Shown: positions 9,972 through 21,064, counted from the first letter of the stretch. The stretch is 64,000 nucleotides of DNA from Parachlamydiales bacterium (GCA_963705295.1 OY970065.1:1728001-1792000), one strand, 5' to 3'. The notes: generated from the sequence alone by a model not told the origin. Numbers and translations are program-made.

Positions 9972-10753
9972 GAGGAAAATTTTTGGGAAGAGCCGGACAT
10001 GTTTTTCTCATTGCCCTCATCTATCTTTTTCTTTGGGTGCCGATCGTTGTCCTGCTCGTATTTTCTTTCAATACGGAAGGGTTTCCATCGCCTTGGACAG
10101 GGTTTACTTTAAAATGGTACAGGGAGCTCATCCATTCAGTCTATCTTTGGAAAGCGTTTAGTAATTCGTTGATTGTGGCGATTTGCTCCACATTCATCTC
10201 CGTACTCATGAGTATTTTTCTCATCTTTTTTGCTGCTCAAGGAGGACGGATTGGACGGTATCTTAATCTCTTTTATGGAAGCTTGATCATTCCTGAAACG
10301 GTCTTAGGGGTGAGTTTGCTCGGGTTTTTTAGCTTAGTTTCGATTTCTCTGGGACTCACGACCCTCATCATCGGCCACACCGTTTTGGGGCTTGGCCTGG
10401 TGATTCCCATCGTCTATGCCCGCTTTCTAGAGCTCGATTACCGGCTCACCGAGGCTTCACTTGTGCTGGGGGCCTCGCCGATACAAACCTTTTTCAAAGT
10501 CACCCTTCCCCTCCTTCGACCCTCCCTCATCACGAGCGGCCTTCTCGTGTTTATCATCTCGTTTGATGACTTCATTTTGACTTACTTTTGCGCTGGCAGC
10601 TCTGTCCAAACCCTTTCTCTCTATATTTTGTCGATGATCCGGTCAGGCGTTTCTCCTATCGTGAATGCTCTGTCTGCTATTCTCCTGTTCATCAGTAGCA
10701 TCATGGTTCTCATCTATTTCCACCTCAGCAGCAGGAGTAAAATCTTTATATGA
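9968..10753 (+). CDS. potC: Polyamine ABC transporter permease
   Basis: LVFSFN, GFTLKWY, EASLVLGASP, FIISFDDF; start set to ATG overlapping potB stop. Confidence 0.9.
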   Translation: MRGKFLGRAGHVFLIALIYLFLWVPIVVLLVFSFNTEGFPSPWTGFTLKWYRELIHSVYLWKAFSNSLIVAICSTFISVLMSIFLIFFAAQGGRIGRYLNLFYGSLIIPETVLGVSLLGFFSLVSISLGLTTLIIGHTVLGLGLVIPIVYARFLELDYRLTEASLVLGASPIQTFFKVTLPLLRPSLITSGLLVFIISFDDFILTYFCAGSSVQTLSLYILSMIRSGVSPIVNALSAILLFISSIMVLIYFHLSSRSKIFI

Positions 10754-11829
10754 ATCTAACTTTTCGGCAGATTGCAATTCGGTCTTTGGTGGTTTTCTTC
10801 TGGGTCGCTTTAATTTTTGGGATTCTCTACTGGCCGAGTGCCCTCTTTTTCCGAGAGAAGAAAAGTATCAACATTTTTGCCTGGGGGGATATCTTGGATC
10901 CAACGGTCGTTGCCGAGTTTGAAAAAACGACTGGAATCAAGGTCAATCTCAATTTCTATGCTTCCAATGAGGAGATGCTTGTCAAACTCAAGGCAACCGG
11001 TGGAGAAGGGTACGATTTGATTATTCCATCCGATTACTCGGTCGAAATTCTCATCAAAGAACGGCTTCTCAAACCGCTTGATAAAAGCCAGTTTCCGTTT
11101 TATCCCCAGTTGAATCCACGACTTCTAAATCATTCTTTTGATCCCGGAAATCAATACTCCGTTCCTTTTGAATGGGAGATCTTCGTTCTGGGTATTGATA
11201 AAGATTTTTTTAAAGGCCGCACTCTCAATCCTAGCTGGAGAATGCTCTTCGATGACAAGGTGATCAATTATCGGATCACCATGTTGAACGATCCGATTCA
11301 AACGCTGGTTTTATCTTCTTTCTACCTCTACGGCCCTGTAGAGCACCTTTCCGATATGCAACTTCAAAACATCACTGACCTCCTCTTAAGCCAAAAGAAA
11401 TGGGTCAATGCGTATGCCGATTTTAGAGCTGATTATTTCCTCGCCACAAAGAACAGTGCCGTCGTCGTCACATCGAGTTCGTATATTTGGAGAACCATGC
11501 GGAAATTCCCATTTGTCGGGTACGTTATCCCGAAGGAAGGGACCTTTGTCACCATTGAAAACTTTTGCATTCCTCAGAAAAGTGAAAAAGAGCATCTCAC
11601 GTATCAATTGATCAATTTTCTCTACTCACGCTCTTCAATGAAAACCCATTTCGAGACCTACGGAACCTTCCCGGCGACCATGGATGTTCTCCCCGACCTA
11701 GAAGTTGATGAAAAGACACACGACTTGATTGCCATGTCTTCTCCCGAGCTTCGAACACTCCATTTTGCTCGGCTCCTCACATCCCAAGAGAACATCCGCG
11801 ACCTTTGGGTCCGTGTTAAGACTAACTAA
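10750..11829 (+). CDS. potD: Polyamine ABC transporter substrate-binding protein
   Basis: NIFAWGD, FEKTTGIKV, SNEEMLVKL, GYDLIIPSDY, IPKEG. Confidence 0.88.
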   Translation: MNLTFRQIAIRSLVVFFWVALIFGILYWPSALFFREKKSINIFAWGDILDPTVVAEFEKTTGIKVNLNFYASNEEMLVKLKATGGEGYDLIIPSDYSVEILIKERLLKPLDKSQFPFYPQLNPRLLNHSFDPGNQYSVPFEWEIFVLGIDKDFFKGRTLNPSWRMLFDDKVINYRITMLNDPIQTLVLSSFYLYGPVEHLSDMQLQNITDLLLSQKKWVNAYADFRADYFLATKNSAVVVTSSSYIWRTMRKFPFVGYVIPKEGTFVTIENFCIPQKSEKEHLTYQLINFLYSRSSMKTHFETYGTFPATMDVLPDLEVDEKTHDLIAMSSPELRTLHFARLLTSQENIRDLWVRVKTN

Positions 11830-11830
11830 G

Positions 11831-12538
11831 TTACATAATTCTGAGTTTGTAAACAGGTTGCCGCTTAAACTTCAGAAATTGAACTCTCGACTCGAGCGGT
11901 TTTCCTGCATCATCGGTAGTCACAAGATTAAATGTAAAATATTCGATCTGTTTTCCATTCCTCTTCTTTTCTCGAAAGTAGCTCGGAGATTGTGCTGTTA
12001 AATTCGATGCAGATCCTAGACTTTTTTCTGCAACCGGTTCCAGCGACTCTGTCCGGTAGATCCTAAAAATCAGTTCTGGACCAACTTGCAGACAAATTCC
12101 AAAATACCTTTCATCGGTCGTGAAAACAATTCTGGGGTCTTTCATCGTCGTGACACTCGAAATGGTCGAGGCCAACGTTTTTAAATTCGAATTTAAAACC
12201 CGAATTCTCATGTTAAAATTCCCATCATTATCCACCAGAACTAATCTAGAAAAATCGGACGTAGCACCCCCGCCATTCGTGAAAAAGAATGTTCCGTCTA
12301 TGGAAGACATTTGACCAATGGATACATAAGTTCCATTCTCATTCATCAGCAAATCAGCCTGACTATCCGATAGACCTGGATGAATCACCCAAAGAGAATT
12401 TTTTTCCGGCGTTGTACTGAAGACATCATTTCCCGTTTGGGTCTGCTTCCACGCCTCGAACGCAACATTTTCTCCCTCTTCGGCGTAAATGGTTTGTAAT
12501 GTGAGCACCAGAGCACAGAGTGCAATTTTGAACTTCAT
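11831..12538 (-). CDS. Hypothetical secreted protein
   Basis: Signal peptide MKFKIALCALVLTLQTIYA; GGAGG RBS upstream. Confidence 0.65.
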   Translation of the reverse strand: MKFKIALCALVLTLQTIYAEEGENVAFEAWKQTQTGNDVFSTTPEKNSLWVIHPGLSDSQADLLMNENGTYVSIGQMSSIDGTFFFTNGGGATSDFSRLVLVDNDGNFNMRIRVLNSNLKTLASTISSVTTMKDPRIVFTTDERYFGICLQVGPELIFRIYRTESLEPVAEKSLGSASNLTAQSPSYFREKKRNGKQIEYFTFNLVTTDDAGKPLESRVQFLKFKRQPVYKLRIM

Positions 12539-12623
12539 AAGTCCTCCCTAAAATATCAAGAACTTATGAAATGATTTGATAGAAGTCAAGACCATCTTAA
12601 GATACAGATGGTCTCTTTTGCAA

Positions 12624-12863
12624 TTAAGCGCCTTTTTTCTTTTTGATATATTCGACGACGTCGCCGACTGTTTTAAGTTTCTCGGCTTCTTCTTCGGAAA
12701 TTTCAAAACCAAAACGCTCTTCGAAAGTCATGATGAGCTCTGTCAAATCAAGAGAATCGGCATTGAGATCCTCGATGAATGACTTTTCTAATGTAACGTC
12801 GGCAGCATCAACACCGAGCTGTTCTACAACGATGTCAATGACGTCCTTTTCTAGAGATGACAT
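12624..12863 (-). CDS. acpP: Acyl carrier protein
   Basis: [21 protein letters not shown] phosphopantetheine site. Confidence 0.97.
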   Translation of the reverse strand: MSSLEKDVIDIVVEQLGVDAADVTLEKSFIEDLNADSLDLTELIMTFEERFGFEISEEEAEKLKTVGDVVEYIKKKKGA

Positions 12864-12899
12864 AAGCATAATTTCCTTACAGGTTCTTGTTTAAATAAC

Positions 12900-13649
12900 T
12901 CACATGACCATTCCACCGTCGACGGCGATCACTTGCCCTGTCATATAATCCGACAGAGGGCTAGCTAGAAAGACAGCCACATTGGCAATGTCTTCTGTTG
13001 ATCCCAATCGACCCATGGGTATTTGTTTCAAAAGCGTCTCTTTTTGCGTCTCGGTTAAGACATCGGTCATTCCTGTCTTAACAAATCCAGGAGCAATACA
13101 ATTAACGCAAATGTTGCGACTGGCCAGCTCTTTGGCAAGAGATTGGGTGAACCCGATCATTCCAGCTTTGGAGGCAGCATAATTCGCCTGCCCTGCATTT
13201 CCTACGAGTCCCACGACAGAAGAGATATTAATAATCTTTCCGCCCCTGGCTTTCAACATAGGTCTAACTAAGGCTTGGCACGTATTATAAACAGATTTCA
13301 GATTGACAGCAATCACTCGGTCCCAATCGTCTTCACTCATCTTCATGAGAAGACCGTCCCGTGTGACACCTGCATTGTTCACCAGAATATCGACGCGGCC
13401 AAAATCTGTTATAATCTGTTGCATCGCCTGGTCGACGGTTTTTTTATCGGCAACATCAATCAGCTTTGATGCAAATTTTTGCTCGGGAAATTCTTTTTTG
13501 AGCAATTGCACCACTTCCTCCGCCCGCTCGGCATTCGTTCCAAAAATAATAATATGGGCTCCTTGCCCAGCAAATTTAAGAGCAATTTCACGACCAATAC
13601 CGGCGGTTCCCCCCGTAACGAGAGCGACCTTATCTTTGAGTAGTTGCAT
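12900..13649 (-). CDS. fabG: 3-oxoacyl-ACP reductase
   Basis: VTGGTAGIG, NNAGVTRD, YAASKAG, VDGGM. Confidence 0.96.
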   Translation of the reverse strand: MQLLKDKVALVTGGTAGIGREIALKFAGQGAHIIIFGTNAERAEEVVQLLKKEFPEQKFASKLIDVADKKTVDQAMQQIITDFGRVDILVNNAGVTRDGLLMKMSEDDWDRVIAVNLKSVYNTCQALVRPMLKARGGKIINISSVVGLVGNAGQANYAASKAGMIGFTQSLAKELASRNICVNCIAPGFVKTGMTDVLTETQKETLLKQIPMGRLGSTEDIANVAVFLASPLSDYMTGQVIAVDGGMVM

Positions 13650-14535
13650 ATGCTTTTTCCAGTTCTTCAACTTTTTCAATACTAATGGTCGACCCTTGAG
13701 TTCCTATTTTTCGATTCATTCCTGCAAGGGTTTTCCCCGGCCCAATTTCAATAAAAAGGGAGTTTTCTTGATCGATTTTTCGGATCCCTTTTTCCCACTG
13801 TGTCGGGCTCACCACTTGTGCTATCAGATACTTCCGAATATCGGACAGAGATTCGACAAAATCGCCCGGCACATTCATCATCAAACGAATGTCACTCTCC
13901 TGCAAAGAGACTTCCTTAAGATGTTTTTCCAGTTTCCTCTTTGCAGATTCCATCATCGGCGTGTGAAATGCCCCAGAAACTCCGAGTGGAAGTACCCTTT
14001 TGGCACCCTTCTCCTTCAAAATTTCCTCTAACTGCGACATCGCTTCTGCACTTCCTGCAATTACGACCTGTCCAGGACAATTTAAATTCGCAATCCATAC
14101 ATCTTTTGGAAGGTAGGCTTCTATAGCCACCGGCTCAAGACCCAGCACCACCCGCATCGTCCCTTCTTTCTCTTGGCACGCCTCTTGCATCGCCCGTCCC
14201 CTGGCCGCAACGATTTTTAAACAGTCTGCAAATGAAACGCGTCCCGACGCATATAAAGCTGTATATTCTCCCAGACTAAGACCTGCGCAGATCGATGGTT
14301 TAATGTCCAAACAACGCAAAATCGCCACACTCGTCAGAAAGATGGCCGGTTGGCTGTTTTTCGTCAGAATCAGTTCACTCTCTGGCCCCTCTAAAATCAA
14401 TCTTTTAAAATCAAAAGAAAGGAGATCCGACGCCTCTTCAAACGTTTCTCGGAAGGCCGAAAACGCCTCATAGAAATCTTTCCCCATTCCAACATACTGA
14501 GCCCCTTGTCCAGGGAAAAGAAAGACATTATTCAT
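13630..14535 (-). CDS. fabD: Malonyl-CoA:ACP transacylase
   Basis: FPGQGAQ, GLSLGEY, ANLNCPGQVV, VSGAFH. Confidence 0.96.
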   Translation of the reverse strand: MNNVFLFPGQGAQYVGMGKDFYEAFSAFRETFEEASDLLSFDFKRLILEGPESELILTKNSQPAIFLTSVAILRCLDIKPSICAGLSLGEYTALYASGRVSFADCLKIVAARGRAMQEACQEKEGTMRVVLGLEPVAIEAYLPKDVWIANLNCPGQVVIAGSAEAMSQLEEILKEKGAKRVLPLGVSGAFHTPMMESAKRKLEKHLKEVSLQESDIRLMMNVPGDFVESLSDIRKYLIAQVVSPTQWEKGIRKIDQENSLFIEIGPGKTLAGMNRKIGTQGSTISIEKVEELEKAYATTQR

Positions 14536-15517
14536 ACGTGAGTACCGAAGCCCCAAAGGTCAGTCCTGCCCCGAAAGCAGCCAGAACGATGTTGTCCCCT
14601 TCTTGAGGAGTTTTTTCTTTCATCAGTTCATCTAAAGCAATCCCGACAGACGAGGCCGACGTATTTCCATATTTATGAATCGTGACAAACACTTTTTCGA
14701 CCGGCACTTGGAACCGTTTAGCGAGAGCTTCAATGATCCGAATATTCGCCTGGTGAGGAATCAGCCATGAAATATCCTCTTCTTTCAGCCCAGCTTTATC
14801 CAGTGATTCTTTAGCAGCCGTCTCCATCCTCCGCACTGCATGCTTGAAAACCTCTTTCCCCTCCATCTGCAAGAAGTGAAGATTTTCCTCAACTGTCTCT
14901 CGAGTCGCAGGTTTGCGTGAGCCCCCTGCTGGTAGAACCAAAAGGTTTGCCTGCTCACCGTCTGCCCCAAGAGAAACATCTCGGATATGAAGCCCTTTTC
15001 CTTCCGCTGAAATCACTGCAGCCGATGCTCCATCTCCAAAAAGGACACACGTGTTCCGATCTTTATAGTTCACAATGCTCGACAACTTTTCAGAAGCAAC
15101 AATTAAGATATTCTTATGCATTCCCGACTCAATAAACGCCTTGGCCATCGCCAGCGTATACAAATAACCAGTACAGGCCGCCTGCACATCCATGGCTGCC
15201 GCCTTGCTCGCCTTCAATGCCGATTGAATCAAACACGCCGTACTGGGGAAAATATAATCAGGCGTCAGCGTCGCTACCAAAATCAAATCAAGCTCTTCCG
15301 CCGAGATCCCCGCAGCCTCCAGCGCCCTCTTCGCAGCCTCCAGCCCCATGTCCGACGTGTACTCATCCGCCCTTGCAATGCGCCTCTCTTTCATTCCCGT
15401 GCGCGACACAATCCACTCATCGGTCGTCTCAACCATCTTCTCAAAATCGTGATTGGTCAGGACCTTTTCCGGAACATAACTCCCCGTCCCAATGATTCTA
15501 GCTTTCAAATTTTTCAT
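14528..15517 (-). CDS. fabH: 3-oxoacyl-ACP synthase III
   Basis: AACTG, LFGDGA, PHQAN, GNTSASS, FGAGLT. Confidence 0.97.
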   Translation of the reverse strand: MKNLKARIIGTGSYVPEKVLTNHDFEKMVETTDEWIVSRTGMKERRIARADEYTSDMGLEAAKRALEAAGISAEELDLILVATLTPDYIFPSTACLIQSALKASKAAAMDVQAACTGYLYTLAMAKAFIESGMHKNILIVASEKLSSIVNYKDRNTCVLFGDGASAAVISAEGKGLHIRDVSLGADGEQANLLVLPAGGSRKPATRETVEENLHFLQMEGKEVFKHAVRRMETAAKESLDKAGLKEEDISWLIPHQANIRIIEALAKRFQVPVEKVFVTIHKYGNTSASSVGIALDELMKEKTPQEGDNIVLAAFGAGLTFGASVLTYE

Positions 15518-15582
15518 GTCATGCCATTATACCCGAAAACCATAAAAAAAAGAATTATAGAAATTATTTAGTAAAAAAAAGT

Positions 15583-16353
15583 TTATCTCTTGATGATACG
15601 AGTGACGACCGTACCGATAAGGATGAAGATATTTCCCCAGAAGATGATAAAATTGATTTTTTGTATTCTATAAAGATTACCCAACCATGCAATCCGTTTA
15701 TTTTCGGGGACCTTTGAGAGATCAACAGGGTAAGCCCCTTTTTCGATAGGGCGAATGACACCAGAAAAATAATTGTTTAACTCTTCCTGATGCTGACTTG
15801 AATCGATTTTAAATCTTTTTTTGAAAACTATTGAAGAGACCTGGGAGTAAATCAAGGCACCCGCAGCTAGGACGCCGAGATGGGGAGCAATTTTCTCTGT
15901 TGGAATCGGCTGAGCGAAGTTAGGTATTTGGGCAAAATATGTTAAGATCCCTCCAAAGATGAAACCACCTAAACACTTATTTTGTATACCGGAAACAATC
16001 CCATTGAGTGTTGGATCCGTTGTTTTTAAAAAGCGAACATGAAAGTTGTGATAACCATGGGTATGAAATTCAATACAATTTCGAGCCGTGAATTGATAAT
16101 TCACAATGCCATGTCCTATCCACGAGAGAGCTGTCAAAGCGACGAGTTGAGTCGAATCGCATAAAGCATTTCTTTTCCAATAAGGCAGAACGGCCCCAAT
16201 GCCCGCCAATCCTACCGCGATTAGACAACGAACATAGACCTGTGGATGTCCTTCATCGATATCGGGGTACCTCTTAAATAAACTCTCCTTGGCATCAGCT
16301 GTGAGAATCTCCGACTTTGGAAGCTCTAACTGTGGAAAAAAACTTAACCTCAT
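15583..16353 (-). CDS. Hypothetical multi-pass membrane protein
   Basis: 256-aa ORF with about 5 hydrophobic segments. Confidence 0.6.
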   Translation of the reverse strand: MRLSFFPQLELPKSEILTADAKESLFKRYPDIDEGHPQVYVRCLIAVGLAGIGAVLPYWKRNALCDSTQLVALTALSWIGHGIVNYQFTARNCIEFHTHGYHNFHVRFLKTTDPTLNGIVSGIQNKCLGGFIFGGILTYFAQIPNFAQPIPTEKIAPHLGVLAAGALIYSQVSSIVFKKRFKIDSSQHQEELNNYFSGVIRPIEKGAYPVDLSKVPENKRIAWLGNLYRIQKINFIIFWGNIFILIGTVVTRIIKR

Positions 16354-16419
16354 ATCGAAATATTATAAATTAAAACCGAAAAAACTTGTTGAGGAAAAAG
16401 GGGAAGAAAGTCAAATTGG

Positions 16420-16677
16420 ATGCTTATGAAGAAATTAGTCAAAGCTGTGCTTGTCATCTCTCTCATAAGTTTCTCATCTTCAGTCCATGGACGGGATGAC
16501 CTTCAAGATATTGCTACCACAACAGACAGACTCTGGCGGACGGGGTGCGGAGCTCATGACGGATCGTACACGGCTCTCAGCACATCGATGATTGGTTGGG
16601 GAGTCGGCCTGGCCATTGGAATTGCAGTCCTTGCCGCTGTCCTCCATCAAAGCAAAGCTCATACCGCTCACCAATAA
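16420..16677 (+). CDS. Small exported/membrane protein
   Basis: Signal peptide, Gly/Ala hydrophobic helix, His-containing tail. Confidence 0.7.
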   Translation: MLMKKLVKAVLVISLISFSSSVHGRDDLQDIATTTDRLWRTGCGAHDGSYTALSTSMIGWGVGLAIGIAVLAAVLHQSKAHTAHQ

Positions 16678-17498
16678 TGTTTAAACAATTTCTTTTAATT
16701 TTAGCGATGATTTCCCTATGGGGGGATTTTTGTTATTTTATTCCGCCTGAAGGGTGGGATCTCGCCGATCCTGATAAATTATCTCCTCGTGTCAAAGTTT
16801 GTTTTTTAGGAAAAAGTTCAGGCGCCCTTCTACCTTCGGTCAATTTAGCCACAGAAGTCGTCGATGTCGGCCTGAAAGAGTATGTTGCCGCTGTAAAAAA
16901 AATGTATGAAACCGATCCCAATATCCGGTGGCGGGATCTCGGAAAATATACGACACCTTTTGGGGAAGGAAGACTCACCGAGGTGGAGGCCAATAGTGAA
17001 TGGGGCAAGGCAAGACAAGTCCAATTGCTCGCCATTAAAAACAATACAGCCTATATCTTGACAGCAGGATCTCTTCGAGAAGAATTTTCAAAACACTATA
17101 AGGTTTTTGACAAAGTTCTCAAGTCACTCCGTGTCGTTGAAAAACTCGCAGATCTGTTAAAACCTGAAAAAAGAGCTCATCTCCTTGAACTGATCGAAAA
17201 AGCCCAGTTCGATTTAGAAAAGGGACGTCCCCAAACATTTTCCTGGAATATTGGTTTATCACCTCCTGAATCACTCCCCTTGATTGAAGTGATAAAAACC
17301 CCTTACCTCATTTCTTTTATCAAAAAGCAGATGCATCAACTCTCCAAAGAAGAAGCGTTCGAACAGGACACCTTCAAGAAAGAAACATGGCAGCGGCTAC
17401 AAGAAAAAATCATTACCGACTTTACGGAAATGGGTCCTTACTGGCAAATTCTAATGCTGCAAGAGATACAAAATCAATTAATAAGGAGCTCGGTATGA
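16677..17498 (+). CDS. Hypothetical exported protein, possible DcrB/PsbP-like domain
   Basis: Start at ATG 16677; FIPPEGW, PSVNLATE, AYILTA, F..VLKSLR pattern. Confidence 0.6.
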   Translation: MFKQFLLILAMISLWGDFCYFIPPEGWDLADPDKLSPRVKVCFLGKSSGALLPSVNLATEVVDVGLKEYVAAVKKMYETDPNIRWRDLGKYTTPFGEGRLTEVEANSEWGKARQVQLLAIKNNTAYILTAGSLREEFSKHYKVFDKVLKSLRVVEKLADLLKPEKRAHLLELIEKAQFDLEKGRPQTFSWNIGLSPPESLPLIEVIKTPYLISFIKKQMHQLSKEEAFEQDTFKKETWQRLQEKIITDFTEMGPYWQILMLQEIQNQLIRSSV

Positions 17499-17827
17499 AA
17501 ACCTCGATTGGATTAATAACCTGTATGACCTACTTTTTTTCCTCGACGTTTGCCGATTCAGGGACTCAATTTACTCCCGACGATGATCAACCGGTCATCC
17601 AAGATGAAAGCGAGCAGGTCACCACTCCTCCTCCTGAACAAACTCTGGAACAAACACGGAAAGAAGTGGGAGCCGCTGCTGTGGACGGTTCTGAAACTTC
17701 GAGCAATTCTAGGGTAGGAACTTATATCCTTGCAGGAACCATTGTCGCCCTGGGAATTGCAGGACTCATCGTGGTTGCACAAAATCAAGGCCACAGACAT
17801 CGCCACAAAGAAAAACATCAACATTGA
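17495..17827 (+). CDS. Small exported/membrane protein
   Basis: Signal peptide, acidic linker, hydrophobic helix, [11 protein letters not shown] tail; same architecture as 16420. Confidence 0.7.
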   Translation: MKTSIGLITCMTYFFSSTFADSGTQFTPDDDQPVIQDESEQVTTPPPEQTLEQTRKEVGAAAVDGSETSSNSRVGTYILAGTIVALGIAGLIVVAQNQGHRHRHKEKHQH

Positions 17828-18312
17828 TGTGGTGGGTTTTCATTCTCTTTAGTTTAGTTGCGTGCCAGTCGCAGCGGTCTTGGGAAGTGTCCCACTTAGA
17901 TGCCGGAGATAAACTCTACAACTCCTCTAGACTTTCGTATCCAATCCGTGATATTGTGAACGGAATAGGGGTCGAAATGGTACTTGCTCGCGGGGAAATC
18001 AAGACATATCTCGAGGTCCATGCACAGGCTATTCCCCCTTACCAAGGAAAATCGAACCAAGCCCTCGTCAAAATGAAAACCAAAGAGAAAACTTTCGAAG
18101 GCATTGCTTACCGACATGAAGGCGGCCAAAGGGTCACCCTTTCCTCCGAGCTCCATACCCTTCTCATCGATTCACTGCGCGATCAGTCCCCTGTCACCAT
18201 CCTCCTCGAAGGATATTTCACAACGATCGAACCCTCGGAATTTTCCGATCATTTCCAAGATTTTCAAAATTTTCCAACAAAACTCCCTTTTCAGTTACCA
18301 TTCAAATTATGA
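17824..18312 (+). CDS. Putative lipoprotein
   Basis: Lipobox-like LVAC; coupled to tal. Confidence 0.65.
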   Translation: MMWWVFILFSLVACQSQRSWEVSHLDAGDKLYNSSRLSYPIRDIVNGIGVEMVLARGEIKTYLEVHAQAIPPYQGKSNQALVKMKTKEKTFEGIAYRHEGGQRVTLSSELHTLLIDSLRDQSPVTILLEGYFTTIEPSEFSDHFQDFQNFPTKLPFQLPFKL

Positions 18313-19265
18313 ACAAACTTGACCAGCTTAAAAAAATGACGGTGATCGTCGCTGACACCGGAGAATTTGAAGAAATAAAGAAATATAAACCGACCGATTC
18401 AACCACCAACCCGTCCCTCATCCTCGCTGCTTCTTCAAAACCTGATTACCAATTTCTCATCGAAGAAGCCGTCGTCTATGGGAAAAAACACGGAAAGACG
18501 CCTGCTACCCAAGTCGAGCTCGCGACCGATAAAGTCTTCATCAACTTCGGCCTCGAAATTCTCAAAATTATCCCAGGCCGCGTCTCAACAGAAGTCGATG
18601 CTCACCTCTCGTTTGATGTCGAAGGATCGATCCAAAAAGCACGTCAACTTATCAGCCTCTACGAAGCAGCAGGAATCGATCGGAAACGGATTCTCATCAA
18701 ACTCGCCTCCACCTGGGAAGGTGCTAAAGCCGCCCAGCTCCTCGAAAAAGAGCACATCCACTGCAACATGACCCTCATGTTTAGCCTAGGACAAGCCATT
18801 GCCTGCGCTGAAGCCGGTGCGACCTTAATTTCCCCCTTCGTCGGCCGCATCCTAGATTGGTACAAGAAAGCCGAAGGAAAAGAGTCGTATCCTCCTGCTG
18901 AAGATCCGGGCGTCAAATCGGTCACTCAAATTTACAACTACTACAAAAATATGGGATTTTCTACCCAGATCATGGGAGCATCGTTTCGCAACACGGACGA
19001 AATTCTCGAGCTCGCCGGCTGCGACCTCCTGACCATCGCCCCCAAATTCCTCGAAGAACTCCATCAAGCCGAAGGTCCCGTTCCCCAAAAGCTCTCCCCC
19101 GAACTCTGTAAAAAAAATCCCCCGCAAAAAATCAACGTCGACGAAAAAACCTTCCGCTACCTCCTCTGCGACAACCCCATGGCCTCCGACAAACTCTACG
19201 AAGGGATCCGCACCTTCGCCAAAGACCTCACAAAACTCCAAAGCCTTCTTTCATCCAGGATGTAG
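18309..19265 (+). CDS. tal: Transaldolase
   Basis: [55 protein letters not shown]. Confidence 0.97.
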   Translation: MNKLDQLKKMTVIVADTGEFEEIKKYKPTDSTTNPSLILAASSKPDYQFLIEEAVVYGKKHGKTPATQVELATDKVFINFGLEILKIIPGRVSTEVDAHLSFDVEGSIQKARQLISLYEAAGIDRKRILIKLASTWEGAKAAQLLEKEHIHCNMTLMFSLGQAIACAEAGATLISPFVGRILDWYKKAEGKESYPPAEDPGVKSVTQIYNYYKNMGFSTQIMGASFRNTDEILELAGCDLLTIAPKFLEELHQAEGPVPQKLSPELCKKNPPQKINVDEKTFRYLLCDNPMASDKLYEGIRTFAKDLTKLQSLLSSRM

Positions 19266-19313
19266 GAAGAGCAAATTCTCCTCCTAACTCATCCTCCTCT
19301 GCGTCTCTGTGGT
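19262..19313. repeat. Partial copy of the palindromic repeat flanking rplK
   Basis: gtaggaagag and ctcatcctcctctgcgtctctgtggt match parts of the 38025-38119 element; lies between convergent stops. Confidence 0.6.
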
Positions 19314-19327
19314 TTTTCCTCTTCCTT

Positions 19328-20110
19328 TTACTCAAATCTTGCGAGGCCTTTGGAGCGGCTCTTTTCGAATGACCAGTAGAAGACGGAGATGCTGATGGCG
19401 AGAAAGACGAGGTTGAGGAAGTAGCTCATGAAGAGGCCTGACCAGGGGAAGGGGCCACCTTGGAGGATGCCGCGCATTCCTTCGAAGATGTAGGTGGTGG
19501 GAAGGCACCAGGCGACTTTTTGGGCCCAGCATGGGAGCGTTGTGACGGGATAGAAGACGGCACTAAAGGGTGAGATGGTGTAGGCGGTCATCCAGGCAAG
19601 CATTTGAAATCGTTGTCCCCAGTAGATCACGATGGCGGCGGCAAAAAAGCCGATGAACCACCCTGACATCATGACGGATGCGACGAAGGGAAGAAAGGCC
19701 CAACCGAGGGAGAAAATATTGAGCTCATAGAGAAGGTAGACTGCAAGGAGTCCAAAGGCCAATGTGATCCCAATTTTAAGAAGGGAGAGCAGGATGACGC
19801 CAAAGACCCATTCGATGAGCCGTAGCGGGGTTGAAAAGAGATTCACGAGGTTGCGATTCCAAAACTCATTGAGAAGATTGACCGAAATTTCATAATTGCC
19901 CCGCCAGACAATCTGCCAAAAAATGAGTCCGGTCATCACAACAAGTGCAATATTGGAAATGCCTGTCTCATGGCTTTGGATCCAGCTTGTTGTGAGACCC
20001 CAAATCAAAATGTCGACTGCGGGCCAGTACAAGAGATCGGCAATCTGATCCATCTTGGCAAACAAGTAAAAATAACGGAGAAAGACTGCATAGCACCGAC
20101 GCCAACTCAT
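19328..20110 (-). CDS. ABC-2 type transporter permease
   Basis: About six TM segments; SAVFYPVTTLP, LPTTYIFEGMR. Confidence 0.9.
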   Translation of the reverse strand: MSWRRCYAVFLRYFYLFAKMDQIADLLYWPAVDILIWGLTTSWIQSHETGISNIALVVMTGLIFWQIVWRGNYEISVNLLNEFWNRNLVNLFSTPLRLIEWVFGVILLSLLKIGITLAFGLLAVYLLYELNIFSLGWAFLPFVASVMMSGWFIGFFAAAIVIYWGQRFQMLAWMTAYTISPFSAVFYPVTTLPCWAQKVAWCLPTTYIFEGMRGILQGGPFPWSGLFMSYFLNLVFLAISISVFYWSFEKSRSKGLARFE

Positions 20111-21027
20111 TGGTCCGCCATCTTTAAAAAGTAATCTTCTAAGGTCGGTTGCTTGATCCGGATCGTACTATAGGAGATATCAGCTTTAGAGAGCTCCATC
20201 AGGAACGGTGCGATCATCTTGTCTTCGATTGTGAACTCGACAGATCTGTGATCGAGTTTGAAAGGGATCTCTCTTTTCTCTGCCAAAGCACATGCTCTTT
20301 TCATCCCATCCACGATGACGAGCTCTAATCTCGAATGGGAAATCGTTCGAACGAGATTTTCAGGAACATCGTCCGCGACGATTTTGCCCCTTTGCAAAAA
20401 AAGAATCCGGTCGCATAGCTCGGCAACCTCATCCATTTTGTGGGACGTAAAAAGCATTGAAATCCCCTCTTTTCCCCGTTCTTCTTGAAGAAAAGTACAA
20501 ACTTCCTTGGCCATATCGGGGTCTAAAGAGGCCGTCGGTTCATCGAGAAGTGCAATCCGGGGTTTAACAAGAAACGCTTTCACCAAAATCAGCCTTGTTT
20601 GCTGCCCTGCTGAGAGTTGTGTGACAATGGTCTTTTGCTTATCCGCAATCCCAAACCGCTCGAGTAAAGGAAGACTTCGGCTCCGAATCTCCTGGCTCGT
20701 CATTCCATAGATTTTTCCAAAAATTTCAAGATTTTGCTTAACAGTCAGTTTCCAAGGAAGGTTCACATAGGTGCTTGCAAAAGCGACATGCTGCAAAACC
20801 TCTGTCCGATATTTTCCAAAATCTTTCCCAAAATAAAGAATACTTCCCGAAGTATAGGTCAAAGTCCCGAGCAGCATATGGATCGTCGTCGTTTTCCCTG
20901 CACCATTGGGTCCTAAAATCCCTAAAATTTCTCCTTTCTTCAGTTCAAAAGAAATCCCATCCACAGCCGTAAAGGGTGGTTTTCCAGGAAATCGCTTAGT
21001 TAAATTTTGAACAATTAAGACGGACAT
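20107..21027 (-). CDS. ABC transporter ATP-binding protein (DrrA/NodI-like)
   Basis: Start reassigned to ATG 21027; GPNGAGKTT, LSAGQ, LLDEPT, TLEDYFL. Confidence 0.92.
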   Translation of the reverse strand: MSVLIVQNLTKRFPGKPPFTAVDGISFELKKGEILGILGPNGAGKTTTIHMLLGTLTYTSGSILYFGKDFGKYRTEVLQHVAFASTYVNLPWKLTVKQNLEIFGKIYGMTSQEIRSRSLPLLERFGIADKQKTIVTQLSAGQQTRLILVKAFLVKPRIALLDEPTASLDPDMAKEVCTFLQEERGKEGISMLFTSHKMDEVAELCDRILFLQRGKIVADDVPENLVRTISHSRLELVIVDGMKRACALAEKREIPFKLDHRSVEFTIEDKMIAPFLMELSKADISYSTIRIKQPTLEDYFLKMADQ

Positions 21028-21064
21028 GGGGCTAATAATTATATGGATACAGTAAAATAGTGCC

